From: an uncultured Bacteroidota bacterium
GTDB lineage: Bacteria; Bacteroidota; Bacteroidia; Chitinophagales; Chitinophagaceae
Reading direction: 5' to 3'
DNA length: 64,000 nt
NCBI GenBank assembly: GCA_903882805.1
Contig: CAIRYK010000094.1
Span: 34,242 to 98,241, forward strand
This document shows positions 48,249 through 58,672 of this stretch, piece by piece. The position numbers were made by a program, and so were the translations under genes. The notes beneath the pieces were generated by a model. It had not been told where the DNA came from. It saw only the letters and a program-made list of their open reading frames with translations, and ran no database searches. How positions within the stretch are numbered: the stretch's first letter is position 1; each line of letters opens with the position of its first letter.

Positions 48249-48776
48249 ATGAGATCGTTTAAATCATCGCTCGACAAAACATCAATCTTCATTAGCGCCA
48301 TGGTGATAATGCTGTCTTTGGGTATAGCATGCATCGTATTTGTTACTGAATCAAGCAAAGAATCTGGCTTGTCTGCTTATTTAGAACTTATCACTCCAGT
48401 CTTTCTACTTGTTTTATGTACCGGAGCCTACTTGCTCAGCCCTTTAGGAATAACCATAAACTCGACTGAAATAACAATAAACCGTAAAATCAAACCTGTC
48501 GTTATTCCCTTCAAAGACATAAAAACTGTTCGCAAATTGGAGCCATCTGATATGAAAGGCGCTATACGTACTATGGGCAATGGCGGATTATGGGGATACA
48601 CCGGAAAATACTACAACCGTAAAATGGGCAGCATGTCCTTCTACTGCTCACAACGGGAAAACTACATTTTGATAGAACTAACAAGCAGTAAAAAGGTAAT
48701 CATAACGCCCGATGAACCCAATGAACTAATTGCCGAGTTGAAGACTCAAAAACCAACATTTACAGTTGAATCGTAA
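48249..48776 (+). CDS. Membrane-anchored bacterial PH-domain protein
   Basis: 175 aa. Two N-terminal TM helices, then a segment resembling the bPH fold (GLWGYTGKYY...FYCS...ILIE). Confidence 0.5.
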   Translation: MRSFKSSLDKTSIFISAMVIMLSLGIACIVFVTESSKESGLSAYLELITPVFLLVLCTGAYLLSPLGITINSTEITINRKIKPVVIPFKDIKTVRKLEPSDMKGAIRTMGNGGLWGYTGKYYNRKMGSMSFYCSQRENYILIELTSSKKVIITPDEPNELIAELKTQKPTFTVES

Positions 48777-48779
48777 AAG

Positions 48780-48813
48780 AAAAGGCCCTGCAAACAACAA
48801 GTAGCAGGGCCTT
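48780..48813. terminator. Bidirectional rho-independent terminator
   Basis: Stem aaaggccctgc / gcagggccttt between convergent genes. Confidence 0.8.
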
Positions 48814-48834
48814 TGCTTTTATAAAGAGCTATCA

Positions 48835-50820
48835 TTACATTTTCACCCAGTTCCTCACTGTTTTTACACCTTCTGTTTCAACCACTAAGGCATACATGCC
48901 GGGAGCAAGGTTAGTAACATTCAGCATATAGGCATTATCGCCATTGCTTAGTTGTTTAGTCACCATGTTCATCCTTTGACCTTGCATATTCACTACATAC
49001 ATTGTAGCGACTGTTGCAGTGTTAGCATTTACAACCACATTCAGGTTGCCCGACGTTGGGTTAGGAAATACATTAACGGCAACAGTAGCAGCAGTATTTA
49101 CGACCTGCAATGGAGGGAATGAAATTGTAGCTGAATCGATGAGACCAATACCCAGATTGTAGTATTTGCCCGATGGCGTCAACTGCAATTTTACAGGACG
49201 TACCTGATAGTACTTAAGACCGCTTATACCCGTAGCATCTGTAAAGGTTGTGCCCGTTACCATAGATGTCGATACTCTTGTGTAAGCGCCATAAGCGCTG
49301 TCGGCTCTGTAAATGTAGTAGCCTATTACTGCTGGATCGGGCGATGCGGTCCAGCTAAGGCTTGCGCCTGCATGAAAACCACCGGTGATAACGAGATTAG
49401 ACGGTTGCTTCACATAATCTGTACGCAATGATAAATCGCCCATAAGCGCAACATGTACCCAATGGTTGCCATAACCCGTTGGCGTATACAGCGAACCATT
49501 ATTGTTTTGCGAAAGTCTGGCCGAGTAACCGATATTTTCGCCCAATGCCATGTGGTGCATAAACCAGTTTGGCCTTCCTGCCCAGCAACAAGTAAGCGCC
49601 GGTGTAGAGGAGCAAAGCTGAGCGCGCAGGAAATTGTTGGTAACATTCCAGTCGCCAAAATAACTACCAAACATCATCGTGAAAATACCGTTCACTGGGT
49701 TAGTCGCAAAGTCGGATGTGTTACCTATACCGCCTGCGCTGGTAAAGCTACCGCCACCGCAACCATAAGCCCACTGATAAGTACCGGAAGCCAAAGTAGA
49801 AATATATGTGGACGACGGCACGCTTGCCATGCTGTCTGTACCAACTAATGGAGCAAAATTACGCCAGCCATTTGCGGCAAATGCCTCGCCGCTAAATGCG
49901 CCGAAATTGTCGCATATTATTGCGCGGTGGCGCATAGCCAATGTATCCATTTTATAGGCATGATCCTTATCCAGATAACGTCTCATCATTTCCACTTCAG
50001 TGGCCGAAAATGCGGGCATGTTATAGAAATCTATCCTGCTCACCTGCAATTCAGCATCTGGAGAAAAGGCTATCTGATCATACTTGCCATCGCCGGGTAT
50101 ATTCTGATTCGCGGGATAGCTCGACACAATGTCGTTAACAGTCGCATCGGTCCATGAGCCTGAAATGCTACCATAAAAAATGTCTGCAGGCCAAGCGCCC
50201 AAATGATCCGGATGACCATCCGGATTCTGGTCGCCGCTGTAAGGAACCGCAACATGCCCCAATAACAAAACTGCTTTTACATTCAGGTAAGAACCGCAAT
50301 CTGCCACGATTGCAGCTTTGATAGTTGCGTCGGTAGCGCTGCGAGGAAAATCATGACGCCTTACCTGCCAGCCATCTCCGCTTAAATCGTTCATTAGTGT
50401 TTTTATGTTTGACGCACATGAATCCGAAAATGTGCTATCGACAATCAGCTCAACAATACCGCGATTATGTATGGCAGGGTTCCTGATACCTGCATAAATA
50501 TACCCTGTGGCATTTAGCGTACCGCTGACTGCCTTTACAATATATTCATAGGCCGAATCAATGATCACCGCCGTATCAGTCCATGTTACGGACCCAGTAG
50601 GCAATGTTGCCACCGACATACCCCATGTTGTTGATGTTTTCGACTTCTTCCAAATGTAATATGTAGGGCTGCTGAATGTTATTGACTTCCAATTCAGCGT
50701 AATTTTTACCGGCGATTCGGAAACAACCGCAGATAACTCAACAGTGTAATCCTCTGTTGTTTGCCCATAAGAAAAGTTACCAACCGCCATTAATGCCAAT
50801 AGCGTAAAAATGCGTTTCAT
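48835..50820 (-). CDS. Large secreted protein with T9SS C-terminal sorting domain
   Basis: 661 aa from MKRIFTLLALMAV (cleavage SYG|Q). C-terminal FPNPTSGNLNV...GMYALVVET tail. The central region is unassigned. Confidence 0.75.
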   Translation of the reverse strand: MKRIFTLLALMAVGNFSYGQTTEDYTVELSAVVSESPVKITLNWKSITFSSPTYYIWKKSKTSTTWGMSVATLPTGSVTWTDTAVIIDSAYEYIVKAVSGTLNATGYIYAGIRNPAIHNRGIVELIVDSTFSDSCASNIKTLMNDLSGDGWQVRRHDFPRSATDATIKAAIVADCGSYLNVKAVLLLGHVAVPYSGDQNPDGHPDHLGAWPADIFYGSISGSWTDATVNDIVSSYPANQNIPGDGKYDQIAFSPDAELQVSRIDFYNMPAFSATEVEMMRRYLDKDHAYKMDTLAMRHRAIICDNFGAFSGEAFAANGWRNFAPLVGTDSMASVPSSTYISTLASGTYQWAYGCGGGSFTSAGGIGNTSDFATNPVNGIFTMMFGSYFGDWNVTNNFLRAQLCSSTPALTCCWAGRPNWFMHHMALGENIGYSARLSQNNNGSLYTPTGYGNHWVHVALMGDLSLRTDYVKQPSNLVITGGFHAGASLSWTASPDPAVIGYYIYRADSAYGAYTRVSTSMVTGTTFTDATGISGLKYYQVRPVKLQLTPSGKYYNLGIGLIDSATISFPPLQVVNTAATVAVNVFPNPTSGNLNVVVNANTATVATMYVVNMQGQRMNMVTKQLSNGDNAYMLNVTNLAPGMYALVVETEGVKTVRNWVKM

Positions 50821-50904
50821 ATCTGATGATTTTTTGTACAAGATATAAATATTTTCTGACTAGATGTGCGATATTATTATCCACCTCATAGAGTACACAT
50901 AAGA

Positions 50905-50939
50905 AAAAGGCGCACAACAAAAAATGTTGTGCGCCTTTT
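50905..50939. terminator. Rho-independent terminator hairpin
   Basis: 15-bp stem aaaaggcgcacaaca / tgttgtgcgcctttt. Confidence 0.8.
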
Positions 50940-50981
50940 GTGTATGCTTAGAATATTCTAGAATTCAAACTATCTAACCTT

Positions 50982-51836
50982 TTAGCCTTTATGAGCGCGT
51001 TTAAAAAACATTGGGTTATTCTTAGAAGAAGGTAAAATAACGCCAGCGCTTAATATCAACTCATAAGTTCCGAAACTCTGTTTTGCCTCTCCCTGATAAA
51101 TTTTCAGATTGCTATATCGGGCATAATCAACCTTTTGCGAAAACTCAAGAAATGCATAACGATAAACAGTAACTCTCAAAGCTGTCTCTAAACCTGTGTT
51201 CCATCCGCCAATCTGAAAATGTTTGTCATTTGCTTTACCAAAAAAACTATTCTCAACATGAGGAATAACTGGTCCGATACCAAACTTACCTGTAAGGTCT
51301 ACTCTAAGTTTATTGTCTTTAGTATTATATAAACCAACACGCTTTACTATATTGAATAACAAGAAGTTAGCGCCATTATTTAAATAATAATAAAACCCAT
51401 TTTGGTGAGAAAAATTAATGTTGGTGTCTACAGCCCTGTTGTTAAGTGTACCTTTTAGCTGCACATTCTGCCCATCGGTAATTATGTACTTGGTGTGGTC
51501 AAAATTTATTTCAAATGCAAGATCCTGCTTTTCATTGAAATAACATCCCAACCTGTAGTTGTATTGAGGTATCGTCAATTGCTGCTCCAGCAACTTGTTA
51601 TCCCATCCTTTGTGGTCGTGACCATCTACATTTACAAGATCATAATTGTTGCCTAATGCATCCTGCTTTACATTCACCGTGCTCTTTGTGTACCATTCCT
51701 GATTGTAACCCCAACTAAAATAAAACGACCTATTTTTGTGTTTTTTGGGTGTTTCCTGAGCGTTTGAATTGTTAGAATTGAATACAAATAAAGTAACAAT
51801 CAAAAGTGCAAAACGGAGTGTATTCTTTAACTGCAT
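50982..51836 (-). CDS. Putative outer-membrane beta-barrel protein
   Basis: 284 aa from MQLKNTLRFALLIV (cleavage SNA|Q). Alternating amphipathic strands and a C-terminal aromatic-rich end. Confidence 0.5.
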   Translation of the reverse strand: MQLKNTLRFALLIVTLFVFNSNNSNAQETPKKHKNRSFYFSWGYNQEWYTKSTVNVKQDALGNNYDLVNVDGHDHKGWDNKLLEQQLTIPQYNYRLGCYFNEKQDLAFEINFDHTKYIITDGQNVQLKGTLNNRAVDTNINFSHQNGFYYYLNNGANFLLFNIVKRVGLYNTKDNKLRVDLTGKFGIGPVIPHVENSFFGKANDKHFQIGGWNTGLETALRVTVYRYAFLEFSQKVDYARYSNLKIYQGEAKQSFGTYELILSAGVILPSSKNNPMFFKRAHKG

Positions 51837-51920
51837 CTGTGAAAAATTATTGGTTGGCAAAACTACGCTAAAATACCTATCACAATCCTGACAGCCGTCA
51901 TTGTTAAGTAATAAGCAAAG

Positions 51921-51947
51921 CGGGCAACCTGAAATCAGGTTGCCGCG
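51921..51947 (-). terminator. Terminator hairpin after the IDH-family gene
   Basis: Stem cgggcaacctga / tcaggttgccg with a short loop. Confidence 0.6.
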
Positions 51948-51986
51948 CACTTTGTTTTAATCAAACCACAAATGAACCAAAACTCA

Positions 51987-53489
51987 TTATTGACCCTGGC
52001 CGGCAGTGAAAGACTGCACGCCATCAAACAAATACAGATTCTCTGTTTTAATAACATCAAGATTCCTGTTGTGTATTTTTTGTATCAGATCTATTGCAGC
52101 CTGATAACTTACGCCCGATTGCATATCGTTTTTAAAACGGCATCGCCAGTGATCTGTACAAAAAGTTTCAGGAAATCCTTCTGGCCATACCTTTACCCCC
52201 CTATTTGTTATCATGGTCAATTTCAGACCCGATGCTGAAATATCCTTGATCAATTCAGCGAGTTTATTAGGGTTTCGCTCGTTAAATTGTAAAAAAACAT
52301 CAACGCCTACCAATTCCTTTTTAACAGGCTTCCTTTCCGTAATTTTGATATTAAATTGACTTATTGAATCAGCGTACTTTACAGGCTTTAGTGTATCCGG
52401 GCGCTGACCAAGACGTTCGATAACAGCCGCGGCAAACTCTTGAGTGCCCAATTTCGCCGCCGACATGCCATCTTTATAAATATCTGCAGTATGCTGACCG
52501 TCTTCAAGGGTCTTCAACCAGGCATTCTGAATCTTTTCAGCCACTGTCTTCTGGCCTATGTGGACCAGCATCTGGATAGCGCCCAATAACAGACCGGATG
52601 GATTTGCCTGATTTTTGCCAGCAATATCGGGTGCAGAACCATGAATCGCCTCAAACATGGCAAAACCCTCTCCAATATTAGCGCTACCTGCCAATCCAAC
52701 TGAGCCGGTAATTTGCGCTGCCACATCGCTCAGTATATCTCCGTATAGGTTAGGCATTACAATCACATCAAAACGTTCAGGAGTATCAGCAAGTTTAGCC
52801 GCGCCTATGTCTACTATCAAATGCTCCTGCTCAATTTCAGGATATTCTTTTCCTACCTCAATAAACAGTTTATGAAATAGCCCATCCGTCATTTTCATAA
52901 TATTGTCTTTGGTAAAGCAGGTTACCTTTTTCCTATTGTACGCTCTTGCGTATTCGAACGCATATCTGACAATTTTTTCAGTTCCAGGGCGCGAAATCAA
53001 TTTAAGGCACTGCACTACCTCGTCGGTTTGCTGATGTTCTATTCCAGCATATAAATCTTCCTCGTTCTCACGTATGATAACTACGTCCATGAGAGGATGT
53101 TTAGTATGAATGTAGGGCGAGTAGGATACGCAAGGACGAACGTTAGCAAACAGACCCAACATTTTGCGGGTAGTGACATTAATGCTCTTGAAACCGCCGC
53201 CTTGCGGCGTTGTAATTGGAGCTTTCAAAAATACGCGGGTGCTCCGTAACGAATCCCATGCCGAATTATCTATTCCTGCAGAATTGCCTTTTAAATATAC
53301 CTTTTCACCTATTTCAATCTCCTCAATTGTTAGCGCTGCGCCAGCCGCTTTCAGTATTTTCAATGTCGCCGCCATAATTTCCGGACCTATGCCATCTCCA
53401 TGAGCTACTGTTACGGTTACCGGCGCAATGTTTGTTATGCGTTTTTCGGGTGCTAAGTCATTCTCTACAATTGCTGTGTTCATTTCCAT
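51987..53489 (-). CDS. icd: Isocitrate/isopropylmalate dehydrogenase-family enzyme (probable isocitrate dehydrogenase) with a 140-aa C-terminal extension
   Basis: About 500 aa from MEMNTAIV. Contains GDGIGPEIM, NLYGDILSD and HGSAPDIAGK. The start is uncertain (53519, 53489 or 53483). Confidence 0.75.
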   Translation of the reverse strand: MEMNTAIVENDLAPEKRITNIAPVTVTVAHGDGIGPEIMAATLKILKAAGAALTIEEIEIGEKVYLKGNSAGIDNSAWDSLRSTRVFLKAPITTPQGGGFKSINVTTRKMLGLFANVRPCVSYSPYIHTKHPLMDVVIIRENEEDLYAGIEHQQTDEVVQCLKLISRPGTEKIVRYAFEYARAYNRKKVTCFTKDNIMKMTDGLFHKLFIEVGKEYPEIEQEHLIVDIGAAKLADTPERFDVIVMPNLYGDILSDVAAQITGSVGLAGSANIGEGFAMFEAIHGSAPDIAGKNQANPSGLLLGAIQMLVHIGQKTVAEKIQNAWLKTLEDGQHTADIYKDGMSAAKLGTQEFAAAVIERLGQRPDTLKPVKYADSISQFNIKITERKPVKKELVGVDVFLQFNERNPNKLAELIKDISASGLKLTMITNRGVKVWPEGFPETFCTDHWRCRFKNDMQSGVSYQAAIDLIQKIHNRNLDVIKTENLYLFDGVQSFTAGQGQ

Positions 53490-53505
53490 AGGTTTTTGTG
53501 TGTGT

Positions 53506-54006
53506 TTAGTTACCTGCATTATTCAATAGTTCGTTTTGTGCGCTTACCTTATGGTAATTTTCTTTTTTCAACGCCTTGAGTTTTTCTTTTAACGATGAAT
53601 TATTGAGGGCCAGCATTTGTATAGCCAATATACCCGCATTATGCGATGCATTTACCGCCACCGTTGCTACCGGCACGTCATTGGGCATTTGTACGATAGA
53701 TAATAATGAGTCCCATCCATCAAGCGAATTTGTTGATTTTACGGGTACGCCTATCACAGGAATCGTGGTCAAAGCCGCTACCATTCCTGGCAGATGTGCC
53801 GCTCCGCCGGCGCCAGCTATTATTATGTTTATACCACGCTCCTCTGCTGTTCTTGCATACTCAAACATATACTCTGGGCTACGGTGCGCCGAAACCACTA
53901 AAAACTCAAACGATACGCTAAAATCGGCAAGCGCTTTAGCGGCAGGGCGCATGATAGCAGCATCGCTGCTACTACCCATTATTATTCCTACTTTCTGATC
54001 TTTCAT
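53506..54006 (-). CDS. purE: N5-carboxyaminoimidazole ribonucleotide mutase
   Basis: 166 aa. Contains IIMGSSSD and [12 protein letters not shown]. Confidence 0.93.
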   Translation of the reverse strand: MKDQKVGIIMGSSSDAAIMRPAAKALADFSVSFEFLVVSAHRSPEYMFEYARTAEERGINIIIAGAGGAAHLPGMVAALTTIPVIGVPVKSTNSLDGWDSLLSIVQMPNDVPVATVAVNASHNAGILAIQMLALNNSSLKEKLKALKKENYHKVSAQNELLNNAGN

Positions 54007-55120
54007 ATATATTGGTTAAGATGTGACGAATATTCGCAGCTTTTGAAAGCGCATTTTCAATATTGTTTTCTGTTATGGTTATGTGCCCCATTTTGCGTCC
54101 TTTTTTTCCTTTATGCTTACCATACCAGTGCACATAAACCCCATTGAAACAAAGAATATGCCTCAGAGCCCCTTTTATATCAGACTTTGTATCGGAGCAT
54201 GGCTCAAGAATATTTATCATCACCGAGGCTGCTATATGCCGGGCATCTCCTAAAGGAAGTCCCATAATTATGCGCAATAACTGTTCAAATTGCGAAGTAG
54301 CGCACGCTTCTATGGTATGATGCCCGCTATTGTGCGGACGCGGCGCTATTTCATTTACCAACACCTCGTCATTGGCGGTCACGAAGAGCTCTACGGCTAC
54401 AATTCCTACCAAATTAAAAGACTCAGCAACATTTATGGCTATCTCCCTTGCCTGAAGTGAAATTGCTCTGTTTATCTGAGCCGGGCATAACTGAAAGTCG
54501 AGCACATGCCTTTCTTTATTTACTATCATCATCACAGGGTCGTAACATTCTATGTCGCCTTTTTCGTTTCTACACACAATAACAGACAGCTCATGCTTAA
54601 TATCTACTAAATCTTCGAGCAAACTAGGCTCTTCAAACGCTGTAAGTGCGTCGCGCTCATCCCTAATGATCATCACCCCCCTTCCATCATAACCCTGAGT
54701 GCATAATTTAAGGCAAGCAGGCAGCCTATGTTTATTGGCAATAATATCAGCAACACCCCAGGTAGCAATAGCTGGAACTACAGGTATATTATTATTTTGA
54801 AGGAACTTCTTTTGTATAAATTTATTCTGAATAATCTCTATTGTATCCGGAGACGGATAAATGCTAACTCCCCGCTTTTGTAATTCCTTCAGGGCTTTGG
54901 TATCTACAGCCTCTTTTTCGATAGTTATGGCATCCATATCGGTACCAAAATCTATAACATCATTATAACTCATAGGATCGCCAAGTACAAATCCGGTGCA
55001 ATAGTGCGAAGCCGGCGCATGGGGATCTTTGTCTAAAATGTATATCTCCACACCAAAATCTATTGCTGATCGAATCAACATGGCGCCAAGCTGCCCACCA
55101 CCCAAAACACCGATTTTCAT
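53972..55120 (-). CDS. purK: N5-carboxyaminoimidazole ribonucleotide synthase
   Basis: 382 aa from [15 protein letters not shown]-grasp fold. The 3' end overlaps purE by 35 nt. Confidence 0.9.
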   Translation of the reverse strand: MKIGVLGGGQLGAMLIRSAIDFGVEIYILDKDPHAPASHYCTGFVLGDPMSYNDVIDFGTDMDAITIEKEAVDTKALKELQKRGVSIYPSPDTIEIIQNKFIQKKFLQNNNIPVVPAIATWGVADIIANKHRLPACLKLCTQGYDGRGVMIIRDERDALTAFEEPSLLEDLVDIKHELSVIVCRNEKGDIECYDPVMMIVNKERHVLDFQLCPAQINRAISLQAREIAINVAESFNLVGIVAVELFVTANDEVLVNEIAPRPHNSGHHTIEACATSQFEQLLRIIMGLPLGDARHIAASVMINILEPCSDTKSDIKGALRHILCFNGVYVHWYGKHKGKKGRKMGHITITENNIENALSKAANIRHILTNIYERSESRNNNG

Positions 55121-55175
55121 TTCTCTATGCATAGTTAGTAATTTACTCGCCAAAAGTAATAATTATTTCACAGAA

Positions 55176-55190
55176 AATAGTATTACTATT
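55176..55190. promoter_or_regulatory. 15-bp palindrome, candidate TetR operator (site 1)
   Basis: AATAGTA-T-TACTATT has perfect 7-bp arms. It lies between purK and tetR, and a near-identical copy sits at 60387-60401. Confidence 0.5.
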
Positions 55191-55240
55191 ATTTACGGCA
55201 GCAAATATACTATCTATACAATAATCCAAAACAATTATGC

Positions 55241-55248
55241 TAACTTTG
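55241..55248 (+). promoter_or_regulatory. Candidate -7 promoter box for tetR
   Basis: Exact TAnnTTTG (taactttg). The same octamer precedes the exporter operon. Confidence 0.35.
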
Positions 55249-55295
55249 CTATCCCTAACAGTAACACAGATATGATATTGCAGCTACAAATAAAA

Positions 55296-55958
55296 ATGAA
55301 CCCCAAACTGTATGTCCGCGACCCGGAATCTACAGAGCTTGGCAGAAACATCATTCGCTTAGGAATAGAACTAATAAGTGAAATGGGGTTTGAAGAATTT
55401 ACCTTTAAGAAGCTTGCCAACAAAATAGGCGCTACTGAGGCAAGCATATACAGGTATTTCGAAAACAAGCACAGATTACTCACCTACATAACCACTTGGT
55501 TCTGGACATGGATGGAGTATCAGCTTATTTTTCACACCAACAACGTAAGCGATTGCAAAACAAAAATAAACTCAATCGTTAATCTCCTCACCTTCCAGGA
55601 GAAAGACGAATTTTCTCTGGAACACATAGACAAATCTAATCTGCACAAAATTGTAGTTTCTGAAGGTGATAAGTCTTACTTAACTAAGCACGTTACAGAA
55701 GACAACGCGGCAATGCTGTTTAAGCCATATAAAGATTTGTGCCACCGTATTGCTCAAATATTTTTAGAATATAACCCTACCTACAAATACCCGCATTCGC
55801 TCGCCAGTACACTCATGGAAACTGCGCACCATCAAATATTTTTCATGAATAATTTACCAAGAATGACTGATTTTGGCGCGATGAAAGATCCAAAGCAATT
55901 AACATTGTTCCTGTTGCATATTGTATTCAGCGCATTGGATGATACAAAAATGGAATAA
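55296..55958 (+). CDS. TetR/AcrR-family transcriptional regulator
   Basis: 220 aa from MNPKLYV (an alternative ATG is at 55272). N-terminal HTH FTFKKLANKIGATEASIYRYFENKHRLL. Confidence 0.85.
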   Translation: MNPKLYVRDPESTELGRNIIRLGIELISEMGFEEFTFKKLANKIGATEASIYRYFENKHRLLTYITTWFWTWMEYQLIFHTNNVSDCKTKINSIVNLLTFQEKDEFSLEHIDKSNLHKIVVSEGDKSYLTKHVTEDNAAMLFKPYKDLCHRIAQIFLEYNPTYKYPHSLASTLMETAHHQIFFMNNLPRMTDFGAMKDPKQLTLFLLHIVFSALDDTKME

Positions 55959-55972
55959 TTATAACGCTATTT

Positions 55973-57382
55973 TTAAAACAATAGGCCGGCCGCCCACAAT
56001 AGGCCGGCATAATTTTTATGCCATTTTGTTTTCAGTTCTATTACTTTTTGGGCAGTTTCCAGCATCTTCATTTCTCGGGAATTAATCATAAATAGTGAAC
56101 TTTCCCCTAATTCAAATTTAAAACGTTCTGCATCATATAACCGGCGATAATTATCGAGGGCTTGTGCAAAATAGCGAGTCTGTTGTTGCCCTGCAGTCAA
56201 TTCATTAAAATAACTCCTTACTTTATTTTCCTGCTGCAGCGCCACAAGCGATTGCTCCAGTTTCGTTTCCTGAATTTTAAGTTTAGATGCTTTGAAGGCT
56301 CCGCGCGCATCGCGCTGAAAAAGCGGCATATTAAATTCCACACCCACCTTATGGTTATTTTCCAACATAGGCATACCTATTTCGCCGGGTAGTTTATACC
56401 CTTTGCTCAGCATGTTGGCGCTTAGGCTCAACTTTGGCAATAACGACTGCGCCTTCAACCTTTGTTCTATTTCCAGAGCATCAAGTTTAAAACCTATTGC
56501 TTGCAATTTGGGATGATTATCGATGGCAGAAAGAACAGTGTCTATAAGCGGAAGCGCTATATTGTCAAAACCTTTGGCTACCTCTATCGAATCCGGAGTA
56601 ACTGCTATACTCCAGCTTGCGGGCTGATTGTTATCTAGCCACAAAAAATTAGACATTTCCAAACCGGCGTTCATAAAGCCATTCCAGGCCGCATTCTGCA
56701 TTGAGTAAAGTGTTTGCAACTGGGCGTTGGTCTCCACTGTATCAAACCCTGGGCGAGCGCCTTGTTCGTATTCTATTCTCACAAATCTCAATCGCTGTTC
56801 GTTAGTTGCAATAAGATTACTAATAACCTGATAAACCTGGTATTCCTTTACCCAATTCCAATAGGTGGATAGTGCATCAAACAAAAGGTTATTCACAACA
56901 AGTTTGCGTTCGGCCTCGCTAAGCTCAGATAAAGCCTGTGCCTGCCGCAAGGCAGCTCTACGTTTGTCGAATAGCAATCCGGTTACGGGAGCTTTTACAC
57001 CCAGATAGGTGGTCTGGCCTAAAGTTGACTCAGAACTTACGCGCGTACCTATTATCTCCTCAGCGCCAGCCTTAAACTCGATACCATACCACGTTGGAAC
57101 AATAATTTCGGGCTTGAAATAGCTATAATATAATTTTCCATCAAATGTCTTTCGATCAAGATTAGCGCTCAAAAAAGGATCAAAACCTCCCCTTGCCGAT
57201 AGAACATTTGCGTTAGCCCTATCAACCTGCAACTTAGCTTGCTTTACAACCGGATGATATGTTTTTATAATACTTATAAACGCATCCTTTGTCAGCACCC
57301 TCGATGTGTCTGTTGCATAAGTGTCGATGAATAACACCAGCGGCAAAAACACCAACATCCACTTACTTCTTATATTGCTCAT
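55973..57382 (-). CDS. TolC-family outer-membrane efflux protein
   Basis: 469 aa from MSNIRSKWMLVFL. Two-repeat coiled-coil/barrel pattern. Its 5' end overlaps the HlyD gene end. Confidence 0.8.
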   Translation of the reverse strand: MSNIRSKWMLVFLPLVLFIDTYATDTSRVLTKDAFISIIKTYHPVVKQAKLQVDRANANVLSARGGFDPFLSANLDRKTFDGKLYYSYFKPEIIVPTWYGIEFKAGAEEIIGTRVSSESTLGQTTYLGVKAPVTGLLFDKRRAALRQAQALSELSEAERKLVVNNLLFDALSTYWNWVKEYQVYQVISNLIATNEQRLRFVRIEYEQGARPGFDTVETNAQLQTLYSMQNAAWNGFMNAGLEMSNFLWLDNNQPASWSIAVTPDSIEVAKGFDNIALPLIDTVLSAIDNHPKLQAIGFKLDALEIEQRLKAQSLLPKLSLSANMLSKGYKLPGEIGMPMLENNHKVGVEFNMPLFQRDARGAFKASKLKIQETKLEQSLVALQQENKVRSYFNELTAGQQQTRYFAQALDNYRRLYDAERFKFELGESSLFMINSREMKMLETAQKVIELKTKWHKNYAGLLWAAGLLF

Positions 57383-58670
57383 TTTTCTTCTCTTTTGCCT
57401 GATAAAAATCCGGTGGGAAACCATTTATGTTTCTCCACAACTCATAAGCCACAGCTACATCCTTCAATAACATTATACCTTCTGCGCCAATACCCATTTT
57501 CAACGTTTTGGGCCAGGGTTTATACTCTTTATCTTCTGCTACAAGAATTCTAAACTTACCATTCGAACTGACCGAACTTTCTATAGCCACCACACGACCG
57601 CTAAATATACCATACGAAGCCTGAGGCCAACCGCTGAAAACAATAGCAGGAAAACCATCGAACAAAAACCTGACTGTTTGCCCTTTAGATAGTAAAGGAA
57701 GATCAACCGGCCTCACAAAAATTTCCACAGCATATTCTACCTCCTGCGGTATTATCTCAACAATTTTCTCACCCTCTTTCACAATTTCATTCAACCCCGA
57801 TTTTGTTGCCTGAACAATTTGGCCACTTTGAGGTGCAAGCAAGTAGTACATACCATTTCTGATTGCATAGTTTGCATACTGATTACTTAATTTTGCAATT
57901 TCTGCGCGGCCTGTAGCTATCTCACTTTGTGCTGCAGCCATTTCTCCGCGCGCTTTAAATGTTTTCTCTGCATATTCCTGCCTCACCTGCAGCAATTCTG
58001 TACGGGTATTATTGTACTTCATCTCCGCCGATGCCCGCTTCGCCATTGCGCTTTGCCAATATTGATTTTTCTGCTCCAACTGTGTAAGCGACGATAATCC
58101 GCTATCGCGCATTATGCGCTGCCTGCGCAGCTGTAGCTCAGCAATCTGTGCGTCATTGCGCGCTGAAACTGCCTCCATGCTATCACTTACTACTTTGAGC
58201 GAAAGCTGTCTTAGCTTGTATTCAAGCGCCAATTGCATTGCGTTTAGCTGACTTTCTGTTGCTCTAACTTTATTGCCATAATAGCCGAGACCCTCCTTTT
58301 TAGCATCCAATTGTTCTTGTGTGCGGTTGAGCAGTTCCGGGTCCAGGTATGCGTCCTTTATTTCAGCCAGCCGCGCAATGGTATCGCCTTGCTTTACAAA
58401 GTCGCCTTCTTTAATATACCACTTCACTATTTTACCGGCAATGATGGAATTAAGTTCCTGTGGTCTTTGTTCCTGACGCAATGTTGTAACATATCCTTTT
58501 GCTCTGATATTCTGGGTCCATGGGAGGCATAGTACAATTAATAGCCCTATAAAAGACCCGGCAATCCAGTACCTAACCCGACTCTTAACGCCAAGACGAT
58601 ATACCTGCTGGAAAGAATTCAACTTTACATTGTTAGAATCACGTTCAATTACAAATTGGATCTCCTTCAT
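57363..58670 (-). CDS. HlyD-family membrane fusion protein
   Basis: 435 aa. One N-terminal TM helix, a lipoyl-like hairpin (GDFVKQGDTIARL), long coiled coils and a C-terminal beta-barrel. Confidence 0.85.
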   Translation of the reverse strand: MKEIQFVIERDSNNVKLNSFQQVYRLGVKSRVRYWIAGSFIGLLIVLCLPWTQNIRAKGYVTTLRQEQRPQELNSIIAGKIVKWYIKEGDFVKQGDTIARLAEIKDAYLDPELLNRTQEQLDAKKEGLGYYGNKVRATESQLNAMQLALEYKLRQLSLKVVSDSMEAVSARNDAQIAELQLRRQRIMRDSGLSSLTQLEQKNQYWQSAMAKRASAEMKYNNTRTELLQVRQEYAEKTFKARGEMAAAQSEIATGRAEIAKLSNQYANYAIRNGMYYLLAPQSGQIVQATKSGLNEIVKEGEKIVEIIPQEVEYAVEIFVRPVDLPLLSKGQTVRFLFDGFPAIVFSGWPQASYGIFSGRVVAIESSVSSNGKFRILVAEDKEYKPWPKTLKMGIGAEGIMLLKDVAVAYELWRNINGFPPDFYQAKEKKNEQYKK

Positions 58671-58672
58671 GG

